64,000 nucleotides of DNA, taken from the IMG/VR virus record IMGVR_UViG_3300043173_000386, positions 7,344-71,343 of that record. One strand, 5' to 3'. The notes beneath the pieces are model-generated. The model did no database searches, was not told the origin of the DNA, and saw only the letters and a list, made by a program, of their open reading frames with translations. Below are positions 1 through 10,154 of the stretch, piece after piece. The position numbers and the translations under genes were made by a program. The stretch's first letter is position 1; each line of letters opens with the position of its first letter. The DNA is from a virus (lineage: Duplodnaviria > Caudoviricetes).

Positions 1-2
1 TT

Positions 3-3000
3 GCCAATATCAACCAAGGCGATCAGGTATTGGAGCCCTCTGCAGGAACAGGATCGCTCGTCGTACAAGCACAAGCGCAAGGCGCATCGGTCATTGCAAA
101 CGAACTCAGTCTCCGTCGCCAAACGCTGCTCGCACAGCTCGGCGTGAACCCGCGCTCTGAGGACGCTGAATTTATTAACTCTCACATCAAGGGCGACGAA
201 GCTCCGTCAGTGGTGTTAATGAATCCACCGTTCTCTGCTGCACCCCCATCAAGGGGTGGGGTAAAGAACAAGACAAGGCGTGGCGCACAACACGTTGAAG
301 CGGCGTTGAAATCACTGCGCCCAGGTGGCCGCCTCGTTGCCATTGTTGGCAAGGGTATGGAGATCGGCAAGCCTACGTTCCGCAAGTGGTGGGAGCGTAT
401 TGGAAACCAGTACACCGTCCGAGCTGCAATAAGAATCTCCGGTCGTGAGTACAGGAAGTTCGGGACCACCTTCGACAACGTACTAATCGTGATCGACAAG
501 GTTGCACCGGGCGGCGATGGCATATCCGGTCAAGTGACAACCGTGGAAACGGTAGCCGAGCTCGTTCCACTATTGCAGGAGATACGAAATGGCAGGCCTA
601 CGCTCGATAAACCAACACCCCGTCAATCGTCTATCGAAAGCGGCGATCTTGAAATTACGGATCCCGGTCGAGGCCGAAATGATCCACGCGATACAACTGA
701 TCGACCTGATGTTGGACAACGGGCAACACGGGCTAGTGACTCAGGATCAGGTGATCAAGCTACGTCAGAAACTCGACCTTCTACTCGCGGCGGCGACACC
801 AAAGCAACTGATGACGTACCTGGGGCTACAAGGAAGCGAGCAAACGATCAGTCCGACAACGCTGAGAAGAATAAAGGATCCGATAGAGAGGGGCCAAGTG
901 TTGATGAGGACGTTCCACCTACAGACAGCGGAGTTGGACGAGACATATCCGTAAGCGATCTTGCCAAAGCTATCGCCAAGGATGGCGTGAGCATGGCCGA
1001 TGAAACGCTCAAGGGATTAGTCGAGCTGTTCGGTGGCAACAAACTAAAGTCGTTCCCCGCCGGCTTCGATGAGGACTCCTACCAGAAGTCAAAGAAGCAC
1101 TTTAAGCAGGCAGCGGAGGACTACAGGAATGTAGTCGGTGGCATCAAGCAGCTCATCCGGCGCTTGGCTGAAGTCTTTGGTGATGGTGGCAAGCCAATCA
1201 TCGACCGTTTCCTGAATGACTTGAAAGAAGAACAAGGCTTAGAGGTTCGCGTTACTCAGCCCGTTGCTGATCCGAACACTGCCGATGGCATGGTCAACAG
1301 TCCAACCAAAGAGGAAACGAAAAACGTCGAGCCCACGAAGCCCGACGAGCTGACCGATGATAAATACACGGTATGGGAGCCGACCAACTCCATGCCGAAT
1401 GCCAAGCCTCATCCAGCAGAGATTGTTGAAACAGCTTCAATGTCTGCGATTGAGCTACCGGAAACTGACTACAGGCCGGTCGGTCTGGACAAACTGATCG
1501 AGGAAGGTGTGATTTCTGACGTTCAGTTGGAACCAATCATCCACGCCGGCGACGCGCACAGACAGTTGATGCCTGCAGAAAACCGTGAGGATCCTGATAT
1601 CCGTCGCGGCATACTCATTGGCGATGGCACCGGCTTGGGTAAGACGCGCGAGCTGCTTGGAATCATCCTCGATAACTTCAACCAGGGGCGAACCAAGGCG
1701 CTCTACATTACTAAGAACACAGGCCTGATAGAAAAACTGCTAGAAGATATGGAAGTCATGGGCATGGATAAAAAACTCCTGCTCAGGGCCAAGCACTTTG
1801 TTGTCAAGGATCCCATCGTCGCACAGAACGGCATCCTTGCTACGACCTACAGCACAATCGGTAACTCATTGCTTGACTCCGAACGCGGCGGCGCAACGGA
1901 ATTTAATAAAGGCCGAGAGGTTGTCGAGAAAACGACCGGCAAGCGCGGCGTGGTTACGTCACCGCCGACAGCAAAAAAAGCCTTCGTGAATGTAAAGTTT
2001 GAGGACGAGGCAACGGTTCGCAAGGATATGAGCCCCACTGCTTTGCAACCCATCGGAGAGAAAGTAGAACAGCGAACCAAGAACGAACAGATTATCGAGT
2101 GGCTCGGCCGAGACTTTGATGGCGTGATCGTTCTTGATGAAGCGCACTTAATGGGCAACTCGATCGAGGTTCAAAGCGGTCGGGGCATGACCAGCATTAG
2201 CGGCATGGCGCGGGCCGGAATGGATCTGGCAATGCAGCTTCCGAACGCCAGAGTTGTTTACGCTACCGCCACTGTTGCCAGCGAAGTACGGCAGATGGCT
2301 TACCTTGATCGGCTCGGCCTGTGGGGTCGCGGCACACCATACGCCGACAAGGCAAAGTTCATTGACGATTACATCACCCAAGGCCTGTCCTCGATGGAGC
2401 AGCTCGCTCGGGATATGAAGGGTCTTGGCGTGGGTTTGGCACGACGCATTAGTTTTAAGGGCGTGACCAACGAGCGACTTGTGCATGTGTTGACTGATGA
2501 GCAACGAGAGATCTACAACGAGATCGTGCGCGCATGGCAGTCGGTCCTGAATAATTTCAACAAGGCAAAATCGGAAGAAGTCACCGGCGCCGGCAAGAAT
2601 AAGAACGCCAACAGGAATATCCAAACGGTAATTTGGGGCTTCCAGAGTAGGTTCTTTAACAACATCGTAACCACGATGAAGATGCCGAGCGTCCTTGCTC
2701 ATGCTGATCAAAAGCTGGCAGACGGTGAGGCTGTCGTGTTTCAGCTCGTCAACACGGACGAGTCTCCACAAGGAAAGAACATCGCCGCCGGTCTAGCCGC
2801 GGGCATTGACTTCGTTGACATTGACCTGACCCACAAGCAACAGCTCATCACGTTGGTCGAGAAATATTTCCCGACGCAGCAGTACGTCGAAACGATTGAC
2901 GCCCAAGGCAAGAGCCAATGGTCGCCGGTGCAGGACTCAGAGGGTCGCCCGGTTGAGAATCCAGAGGCCGTCGCCATGCGCGAGCAGCTCATCCAAAACC

Positions 3001-6000
3001 TACGCGATATGCGTGTCCCGCCCGGCGCGTTGGATATGATCGTTCAGCATTTCGGTCACGAAAATGTGTCCGAGATTACGGGCCGAACAAAACAGAACAT
3101 CATCAACGATCAGGGTGAGCAAGCACAAATTAAAAAGCCATCGAACCCGGTGGCGGTGCAGAAGTTCCACGATGATGAGAAAAGGATTCTCGTTTTCTCC
3201 GGCGCCGGCGCCGTTGGTGCTGACTATCACGCTGATCTGAAATTCAAAAACCAGCGCAAGCGAAACCATTATGTTGCACAGCCTGGGTGGGAAGCCAAGG
3301 CGACGATGCAAGGCTTTGGCCGAACGCACCGCTCCAACCAGAAGCAACCGCCGCATGAGATTTTAGCCTCATCAAACATCAAGGCCGAGGCCCGGTTTAT
3401 GTCGTCCATTGCTAAACGATTGGATCAGCTCGGCTCACTCTCAGCCGGGTCGCGTGAATCGGGAGGGCAAGGGCTGTTTTCAGCAGAGGACAATCTTGAG
3501 AACGAGTACGGCGAGGCCGCAGTCAGAGACTTGTTCCGCGCGATCCTGAGTGGACGCATTGAAGGCATCACCGAGGAAAATCTTCAACTAGAAATGGGGC
3601 TTGAGAATCTTACCGATGATCTCAACCAGATTATCGAGAGCAAGCTGCCCGATGTGAAGCGGTTCCTGAATCGTTTGCTGTCAACCACACTGGAACGTCA
3701 AGACCTTTATTTTGATCACTTCTTTGAAATGTTGACCGCCAACGTCGAGGCTGCCATCGCCGCCGGCGACTATGACCAAGGCCTGCAAAATCTTCTCGCA
3801 GAATCCTTGGAGATTGTGCATGAGGAAGTCGTCTTTACTGACGAGCGCACCGGTGCCGAAACCAAGTACATGAAGCTGGAACTGACTGACCCCGTTACTT
3901 TTACGACCTTCCAAGAGATTGTGGATCTTGGTGTTACCAGTGGCCGGCAAATAATTAAGTTCGCCAAAAACATTCGCAGCGGCAAGCTGTATGCGTTTTA
4001 TGAGGCGCTCGATTTTGCAGACACTAAGACTGGCAACATCAAACAACGCTTCCGCCGGGTTGGCATCAACGGTCCCGGTGCGCTCGTACAAGCCGAGGAA
4101 ATTAGAACCTCGGACACTCAGTTCGGACGCAAGGCTAACTATGAAGCTCTCGATGTGCTTGCAGCGAAAGAGGAATGGCAAAAGCAAATTGACGAGGCGC
4201 CGACGCACCGGACTTGGCAGGAAAATATCATCAGTGGTCTGATGCACCCAATCAATGACAGGGTGGTTGGCAAGGCGCGCATCGTGCGTATGCTGACCAA
4301 CAGTGGTGAGCTCTTGATCGGTCGCATGATCGCGCAAAAAGATCTGGTTCAAACGCTTGGTAATCTGGAAGCCGCCGGCGCCAAGGTTAAGGCCGACAAC
4401 CAGCAGATTCTTGACCGTGTACTCAAGTCAAACTTTCGATACAAACTATCGAATGGCTGGTTCCTGCAGCGCGATGTGATCAACGGAGAGAGTCGCGTTT
4501 GGCTCAAGGGGCCATCCGGGTTTGGTGCCGAGGGCAACCAGCTCAAGAGCGATGGTGTCTTTACCGAAGTCGTCAACGGACAGACCCGGTTCTATATTCC
4601 AACGAAAAAAACGCTGGCCTCTCAAGTGCTGGAACGAGTGCTTGAAAGTCGCGATGTTGTGGACGAAATTCCACCGGACGTTGATCCACTCGGGGAGCGT
4701 GAAATTCCATACGATATGCGTCCGGATGCCACTGCTGGTACGCGCACGGCGGGCGCGGAACTGTTAAAGATCAGCGCCGACCGAGCTCGGGCAGCAGACC
4801 AACGGCCCGGCGAGATCACGACGCTGGCGACAGCCATCAACACTGAGCTGATTCAGGATCACAAGACCACGCTGATCGGTAAGACGGTCAAGACAGGCGA
4901 GGACTTGGCAACGCTCGCCCAGGTGTACCGGGATCCTCGATACGAAACGCTGCGTTATTTTGTGACCGACAAGGATGGCACGATCATCTATCAAACAGGC
5001 GTCAGCGCAAGGCTGCCCGGTTCAACCGCAGCATTCGCCGCCGGCAAAAACGTACTCGATCTCGCTATCGACATTAAAAAGGCTGTCGGCAGAGCCGGCC
5101 AACACCTGTGGATCATGCACAACCATCCATCGGGTGACTCAGCCCCATCGGCTGCTGATTTAGATATGACTCGCCAAATTTCAGAGGCATTGACCGGGCT
5201 TCGCCAGAGATTGACGGTCGATCATCTTGTTATCGACTCCAACGAATACTCCCACATTCAGGCTGTCATTCAGGAGAACGGCAGAGCGCAGATGAAAGTG
5301 CGCCCGAACATCAAACGTAACTTCGGTCGCGACCGGCTACTAGAGCCGGCGTTGCCTCACCCGTTGCTCAACACACAAGCGACCAGCGTGGGGGCGGTCG
5401 CAGACATTGGTGCTGCACTGCAACATGGTTCGGGGTGGGTCACTGTTGTTGGCGTCACGGCGCGCGGTGAAGTGCGGGCTTTAGGTGAAGTACATGAAAC
5501 GGAGCTCACCAAAACCGGCTCGTTGGCAAAACAGTTACGGAAATTTGGTCAGTCCACCGGCTCGGATAAGATCTACCTGGCTGGCGTCAATCCAGAAATG
5601 ATGTTCACGCGAAATATTTTTAAGAAGGCAGCGAAGTGGACAAAGGATCTCATCGAGCTCGGCTTCATCGAGGACGTTGTAGGCACGGACGGTATCTCTC
5701 TCCGGGTGTCAGATAGCGGCGTCGTGCCGTCAATCGACTTTGAGCTAGGCGTGAACGTAAAAGACCAGACTTTCGTTGTGCGAGAGCAAGGTGATGGCAA
5801 ATATGAATCTAACATAACGCAGAAGCAAACAGAGATCGTAGAAAAAACCCGAAAGGGCCAACCGCTCGACCGATTGCTGCGTTTCATGTTTACCGGCTTC
5901 GGCCTGTTTGAAGATCAATTTCTCAACAGCAAGGGCGAGTTCAAACTCGGCATCATCGCCCTTGAGCGAGTGAAAAGGCTGCTGACAACGGCTAAGTTCA

Positions 6001-8573
6001 GTGACACCGGCGCATTCCGCTGGATGAACGGATACATGGAACATGCGCGAGCTGGCCTGATTGATCGCTATGGCGTACCCGAGGAACTTATTCAGCGCGG
6101 CTTTGAGGCCACGGCACAGCAACGCGCGCTGCTGCGTGAAGGCTTGGAGTTCTTGAACCGGCTGTTTGAGGCCGGCGTAAGTTCACTGCAGGAGGCGGTT
6201 ATTATTCAGAAGATGCTGACCGGCGTTGATCTGGATGGCAACGAGGCGCTTATCACCAAAGCCGAATGGGCAGGCATAGCGGGAGAAATACGGGCCGCGG
6301 TTGATTCATTGGGTCTGGAAGCGGTCAGCTTGGGGCTAATCTCACGCGAGTCCTACGAGCGCAACCACGGCACCTATCTTCATCGCGTTTATGCAGAGCA
6401 TGAACTCGGCAAGGATCAAACGCTGTCACGCTTCATGGGGCGGCTGATGGCTGGCCGCAAACACGCGATCAAGGGCGATGCCTTGAAGGGCAGAGGTATT
6501 TTTCAGGAAGTGAGTCAGGAACGCTTGCTGAAAGATATTTCCAAAGCGGATCGCGAGACGTTTGAGCTTGGCCTTAAAAAGCGAAAGAGCCGCAAGCCTG
6601 ACGAATCACTGCTGACCAAGAAGTTCCGGATACTCGATCTGTTTGACGAGGGATCGTCACCGGACAATCAGACTCTCCGTGGCGTCGAAAACGTGGACAA
6701 CCCCAAGCGGCTCAAGAAGCGACTCATCATACCGGCCGACAAAGATATCCCGGCCCGACTGGCTAATTTCGAGGACCGCGGTGTTTACGAAGTCCGCAGA
6801 ATCAGCGGCAACAAGCTCGTTCTGTGGCGTGATTTCACCAAGGCCGAGCGTGTGCAGATGGGTGAGATTCTCGATGCGCGTTACACCATCGCCAAGACCT
6901 ATCACGTTCTCGCGCAAGACTTGGTTTCCGCTCGGTTCTTCAAGGACATTTCCGAAAATAAAGAATGGACTTGGCAAGGCACGACTGCCCCGCCTAACGA
7001 GATCGTTGCGCCAAAGAACACGGCCTTGCGCCACTATGTCGGCTTTGAATGGGTCTTGGTTCCGGGTGACACCATCGGCCCGAAAAGTAAAGTAAAAAAA
7101 TGGGGCGCTCTCGCCGGCAAGTACATTCGTGCTGAGATCTGGAAAGACCTCAACGAACTGGACGCGATGAATCAAAAGGGACCGTGGCAATTCCTCTTGA
7201 AACAGTGGAAGCTGAACAAGACCGCCCGGCATCCCGTTGTTCACATGAACAATGTAATTTCCAACCTGACGCTCATGGATATCATTGATGTCAGAGCGCG
7301 CGATCTCTGGCGCGGCATAAAGGAATACAACGATCGCGGCGAGCTGTACGAGTTGGCTAGACTTCATGGGGCTTTCGGTGCCTCTTATATTGATCAGGAA
7401 ATCAAGGATCAGATCTTGGAGCCGGTGCTTCGGGATATGTCAAAAGAAGCCAAAAAGGGCATGTACGAAGAAGGCTCGTTCCTGAAAAAACTACGATTTG
7501 TTGACCAGTATAGCCGAATGGCATCCGAGGGCATTCAGCGGCTTGGCAAGGCCATCGGGGACTTCGACCGCGCCAGCATCGAGTGGTATCGCACCGAGGA
7601 TGAGGTTTTCCGCATGGCGACCTTTATCCGCAAACTGGAACAGGGTGAGAGCCCACATGACGCGGCAGCCTTAGCCCGCGAACAGTTCCTAAATTACGAT
7701 ATCCGGGCTCCGTGGGTGAATACCGCGCGTAGATCGGTGCTGCCGTTCATTGCCTACACCTACCGGGCGGTGCCGGCGATTATCGACGCAATGGCTCGCA
7801 GGCCGTGGAAGTTCGCCAAATACGCACTGCTGGCCGAGCTGGCGAACGCCTTTGCCTACGCCGTTACGGATGCCGACGAGGAATGGGAGCGGGCGTCTCT
7901 GAGGCCCGAGGTACGGGGCTCAGTGTGGGTAGGCGGCGCTCCGCGAATGATGCGTCTGCCGGTCAACGACAAGCAGGGCAACCCCATATTCCTCGATATC
8001 CGGCGCTGGATCCCGGCCGGCGACGTATTCGATGTGGCACCCAATAATCCGCTGCCGATACCCGCCTGGTTGCACTTCGGCGGGCCGATAATGATTGCCG
8101 CTGAGTTTATGTTGAACAAACAGGCCTTTACCGGCGGCCAGATCGTTGACCCGTTGGTTGATACCTTGGGTGATAAAACACAGAAATACGGCGCATGGGC
8201 CTACCGCTCGTTCATGCCTTCCGCGCCGTGGATCTACGAATCATGGTATTGGCAGAAGATTGCTCGCGCCGCCACAGGCGGCCGGGACGCTCTCGGGCGG
8301 GACATTTCCGTACCGGGCGCATTGCTCTCGGCTACTGGTATCAAGGCCACCGGCCACGATGTTGAGCTCAATTTCGAGTATCGACGCCGGGAATTTGACA
8401 GAACCGAGCGCGCACTCCGCTATGCCATACGCCTGAATATCCGAGATCTGTCGCGCGGCCTCATAAACGCAAAAGAGCATGGCAAAATAGAGACTGATTT
8501 ACTCGACAAGCTACTCAAGCTCAACCAAAATCGCGCGCAGACCTTCGCTCCGTTGCTCAGGAGGCGTCAGTGA
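3..8573 (+). CDS. Giant polyvalent DarB-like virion/ejection protein (5'-truncated): N6-adenine MTase + Strawberry-notch-type SF2 helicase + RadC-like JAB domain + C-terminal large-polyvalent-protein-type region
   Basis: Frame is open from base 3 (ANINQGDQVLEPSAGTG), so the true start is upstream of the window. MTase motif I VLEPSAGTG and motif IV MNPPF; Sno motifs GDGTGLGKT, DEAH, QGFGRTHRSNQ; JAMM motif HNHPSGDSAPSAAD; directly followed by lysis genes. Confidence 0.9.
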   Translation, partial: ANINQGDQVLEPSAGTGSLVVQAQAQGASVIANELSLRRQTLLAQLGVNPRSEDAEFINSHIKGDEAPSVVLMNPPFSAAPPSRGGVKNKTRRGAQHVEAALKSLRPGGRLVAIVGKGMEIGKPTFRKWWERIGNQYTVRAAIRISGREYRKFGTTFDNVLIVIDKVAPGGDGISGQVTTVETVAELVPLLQEIRNGRPTLDKPTPRQSSIESGDLEITDPGRGRNDPRDTTDRPDVGQRATRASDSGSGDQATSETRPSTRGGDTKATDDVPGATRKRANDQSDNAEKNKGSDREGPSVDEDVPPTDSGVGRDISVSDLAKAIAKDGVSMADETLKGLVELFGGNKLKSFPAGFDEDSYQKSKKHFKQAAEDYRNVVGGIKQLIRRLAEVFGDGGKPIIDRFLNDLKEEQGLEVRVTQPVADPNTADGMVNSPTKEETKNVEPTKPDELTDDKYTVWEPTNSMPNAKPHPAEIVETASMSAIELPETDYRPVGLDKLIEEGVISDVQLEPIIHAGDAHRQLMPAENREDPDIRRGILIGDGTGLGKTRELLGIILDNFNQGRTKALYITKNTGLIEKLLEDMEVMGMDKKLLLRAKHFVVKDPIVAQNGILATTYSTIGNSLLDSERGGATEFNKGREVVEKTTGKRGVVTSPPTAKKAFVNVKFEDEATVRKDMSPTALQPIGEKVEQRTKNEQIIEWLGRDFDGVIVLDEAHLMGNSIEVQSGRGMTSISGMARAGMDLAMQLPNARVVYATATVASEVRQMAYLDRLGLWGRGTPYADKAKFIDDYITQGLSSMEQLARDMKGLGVGLARRISFKGVTNERLVHVLTDEQREIYNEIVRAWQSVLNNFNKAKSEEVTGAGKNKNANRNIQTVIWGFQSRFFNNIVTTMKMPSVLAHADQKLADGEAVVFQLVNTDESPQGKNIAAGLAAGIDFVDIDLTHKQQLITLVEKYFPTQQYVETIDAQGKSQWSPVQDSEGRPVENPEAVAMREQLIQNLRDMRVPPGALDMIVQHFGHENVSEITGRTKQNIINDQGEQAQIKKPSNPVAVQKFHDDEKRILVFSGAGAVGADYHADLKFKNQRKRNHYVAQPGWEAKATMQGFGRTHRSNQKQPPHEILASSNIKAEARFMSSIAKRLDQLGSLSAGSRESGGQGLFSAEDNLENEYGEAAVRDLFRAILSGRIEGITEENLQLEMGLENLTDDLNQIIESKLPDVKRFLNRLLSTTLERQDLYFDHFFEMLTANVEAAIAAGDYDQGLQNLLAESLEIVHEEVVFTDERTGAETKYMKLELTDPVTFTTFQEIVDLGVTSGRQIIKFAKNIRSGKLYAFYEALDFADTKTGNIKQRFRRVGINGPGALVQAEEIRTSDTQFGRKANYEALDVLAAKEEWQKQIDEAPTHRTWQENIISGLMHPINDRVVGKARIVRMLTNSGELLIGRMIAQKDLVQTLGNLEAAGAKVKADNQQILDRVLKSNFRYKLSNGWFLQRDVINGESRVWLKGPSGFGAEGNQLKSDGVFTEVVNGQTRFYIPTKKTLASQVLERVLESRDVVDEIPPDVDPLGEREIPYDMRPDATAGTRTAGAELLKISADRARAADQRPGEITTLATAINTELIQDHKTTLIGKTVKTGEDLATLAQVYRDPRYETLRYFVTDKDGTIIYQTGVSARLPGSTAAFAAGKNVLDLAIDIKKAVGRAGQHLWIMHNHPSGDSAPSAADLDMTRQISEALTGLRQRLTVDHLVIDSNEYSHIQAVIQENGRAQMKVRPNIKRNFGRDRLLEPALPHPLLNTQATSVGAVADIGAALQHGSGWVTVVGVTARGEVRALGEVHETELTKTGSLAKQLRKFGQSTGSDKIYLAGVNPEMMFTRNIFKKAAKWTKDLIELGFIEDVVGTDGISLRVSDSGVVPSIDFELGVNVKDQTFVVREQGDGKYESNITQKQTEIVEKTRKGQPLDRLLRFMFTGFGLFEDQFLNSKGEFKLGIIALERVKRLLTTAKFSDTGAFRWMNGYMEHARAGLIDRYGVPEELIQRGFEATAQQRALLREGLEFLNRLFEAGVSSLQEAVIIQKMLTGVDLDGNEALITKAEWAGIAGEIRAAVDSLGLEAVSLGLISRESYERNHGTYLHRVYAEHELGKDQTLSRFMGRLMAGRKHAIKGDALKGRGIFQEVSQERLLKDISKADRETFELGLKKRKSRKPDESLLTKKFRILDLFDEGSSPDNQTLRGVENVDNPKRLKKRLIIPADKDIPARLANFEDRGVYEVRRISGNKLVLWRDFTKAERVQMGEILDARYTIAKTYHVLAQDLVSARFFKDISENKEWTWQGTTAPPNEIVAPKNTALRHYVGFEWVLVPGDTIGPKSKVKKWGALAGKYIRAEIWKDLNELDAMNQKGPWQFLLKQWKLNKTARHPVVHMNNVISNLTLMDIIDVRARDLWRGIKEYNDRGELYELARLHGAFGASYIDQEIKDQILEPVLRDMSKEAKKGMYEEGSFLKKLRFVDQYSRMASEGIQRLGKAIGDFDRASIEWYRTEDEVFRMATFIRKLEQGESPHDAAALAREQFLNYDIRAPWVNTARRSVLPFIAYTYRAVPAIIDAMARRPWKFAKYALLAELANAFAYAVTDADEEWERASLRPEVRGSVWVGGAPRMMRLPVNDKQGNPIFLDIRRWIPAGDVFDVAPNNPLPIPAWLHFGGPIMIAAEFMLNKQAFTGGQIVDPLVDTLGDKTQKYGAWAYRSFMPSAPWIYESWYWQKIARAATGGRDALGRDISVPGALLSATGIKATGHDVELNFEYRRREFDRTERALRYAIRLNIRDLSRGLINAKEHGKIETDLLDKLLKLNQNRAQTFAPLLRRRQ

Positions 8574-8884
8574 ATGAAGGTAATCGTAAAAGTAGGGATG
8601 AGCTGATGGATTGGTTACTGCAATACCTTTGGGCGCCACTGGTGTTGGTTTGCGGATATTTCTGGCGAATGCTACACCGGCATGACAAAGAGATTGCCGA
8701 AGTCTCCGCTGCACACGAATCGACCGTTGCTGCTATAAACGACGCAAAGACCGGCCGCAAAGAGATCTACGATAAGATCGAAACCGTGCGAAAAGACCTC
8801 ACGGAGCAACACAACCAGCTCCGGAAAGACCAACGGGAAGATTTCAAAGATCTCCACAAAGCCATTGCAGGGATAGGTAAATGA
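8570..8884 (+). CDS. Membrane-anchored coiled-coil protein, putative holin/antiholin-type lysis protein
   Basis: One N-terminal hydrophobic segment (WLLQYLWAPLVLVCGYFW) then a charged coiled coil; GTGA overlap with the giant gene; immediately upstream of the endolysin. Confidence 0.6.
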   Translation: MNEGNRKSRDELMDWLLQYLWAPLVLVCGYFWRMLHRHDKEIAEVSAAHESTVAAINDAKTGRKEIYDKIETVRKDLTEQHNQLRKDQREDFKDLHKAIAGIGK

Positions 8885-9327
8885 GAGAAATTACCGATAT
8901 CATCGTCCATTGCAGCTTCACGAAGCCGAGGGAGAACCAAAGCCCGCGCATTGGGGTCGCGGAAATCAGACGATGGCACACAGATCCAAAGCCCAAGGGG
9001 CGTGGCTGGCGGGACATTGGCTATCATTATGTGATCAAACGCGATGGCACGTTGCAGCTCGGGCGGCCAATATCTCAGACCGGCGCCCATGTGAGGGGAC
9101 ACAATCTCACTTCCATCGGCATCTGCCTTGTTGGGGGGATGGACAAGCGTACCGGCAAAGCGGTCGATGATTACACCGACGAACAATGGCAGACGCTAAC
9201 TATGGTTGTTGGCGGACTGACCAATCAGTTTCATGGCTCCAAGGTGTCCGGTCACAACGACTGGACGAACGCGAAAACCTGTCCGAATTTCGATGTGAAA
9301 TTATGGTGGAAAACCATAGGAGGTTAG
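8881..9327 (+). CDS. Endolysin, N-acetylmuramoyl-L-alanine amidase (Amidase_2, T7-lysozyme-like)
   Basis: IIVHCS, GWRDIGYHYVIKRDG, GAHVRGHN, SIGICLVGG, GHND and KTCPNF zinc-amidase motifs. Confidence 0.95.
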   Translation: MREITDIIVHCSFTKPRENQSPRIGVAEIRRWHTDPKPKGRGWRDIGYHYVIKRDGTLQLGRPISQTGAHVRGHNLTSIGICLVGGMDKRTGKAVDDYTDEQWQTLTMVVGGLTNQFHGSKVSGHNDWTNAKTCPNFDVKLWWKTIGG

Positions 9328-9329
9328 CA

Positions 9330-9542
9330 ATGAACGGATCGACAAACGTGCAAATGAGCGCCTTGGCAACTTTTGCCTCGGTCACGCTTATATGGCTGGC
9401 GCGGTATTTTGCGCCGGATCTCATGGCAAGCGCACCTGAAATGTTTGGTGAGCTATTTACTGGCGCTCTGATTGTCCTAGCCGGCTTGTACTTCGCGCCG
9501 ACTGCTGGCATCAAGCAGCTACCAGGCACCGGGGGAGAATGA
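9330..9542 (+). CDS. Putative holin (two TM segments, 70 aa)
   Basis: ATG at 9330 after GGAGG; two hydrophobic helices; sits between endolysin and lipoprotein genes. Confidence 0.65.
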   Translation: MNGSTNVQMSALATFASVTLIWLARYFAPDLMASAPEMFGELFTGALIVLAGLYFAPTAGIKQLPGTGGE

Positions 9543-9919
9543 TGTTGCGAGCCCAACGAAATACGATTTATCTGCTGCTGTTCAGCTTGCTAATGATGCT
9601 GAGTGTCATTGGGGTTGTGTCCTGTTCGACGCTCGGCTACGAGAATGTTGACACCACGCGCAAGACCATTCTGGTCGCCAATGCCGAGGTACGTGCCGCC
9701 AATCTTCTGCTGCAGGATCTAGTGCAGCGGCGAGCGATCAGTCAGTCCGACGCGGCGGTGGCACTCAACTCATTGCAGACAGCCAAGAACCACTTGCAAA
9801 CGGCGCTCTCTGCAATCGACACGGCGGGCGATCCGGTGACAGCGGGCAGTAGCTTGAATAGGGCCAAGGTGTCAATATCTGTGGCAATGGCCTTACTCGC
9901 GCCATTAGTGGAGAACTGA
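9539..9919 (+). CDS. Lipoprotein, possible spanin component
   Basis: Signal peptide ending in lipobox VVSC, helical Ala/Leu-rich body, lysis-cassette position. Confidence 0.6.
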   Translation: MMLRAQRNTIYLLLFSLLMMLSVIGVVSCSTLGYENVDTTRKTILVANAEVRAANLLLQDLVQRRAISQSDAAVALNSLQTAKNHLQTALSAIDTAGDPVTAGSSLNRAKVSISVAMALLAPLVEN

Positions 9920-9920
9920 T

Positions 9921-10154
9921 ATGGAAGCCGTACTCATCCTGAAAATTATGAACATGGTGCAGGCCGGATTCGGTTGGCTTGCTGAACGTGGCATCCAAAA
10001 GGACAGGGTGCAATTCCTGATCGACCGGGCGGTACTCGAAAATCGCGATGTGACAACGGCCGAGGTACAGGTGGAACTTGACGCCACTCAGAAGGAGCTC
10101 GACGCGACCGCCGACGCTATCGCTGGCATGGAAGGTGGAGAGGAACCAACATGA
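9921..10154 (+). CDS. Hypothetical protein (77 aa), possible lysis accessory
   Basis: Tightly packed between neighbours; amphipathic N-terminus and acidic coiled C-terminus. Confidence 0.6.
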   Translation: MEAVLILKIMNMVQAGFGWLAERGIQKDRVQFLIDRAVLENRDVTTAEVQVELDATQKELDATADAIAGMEGGEEPT

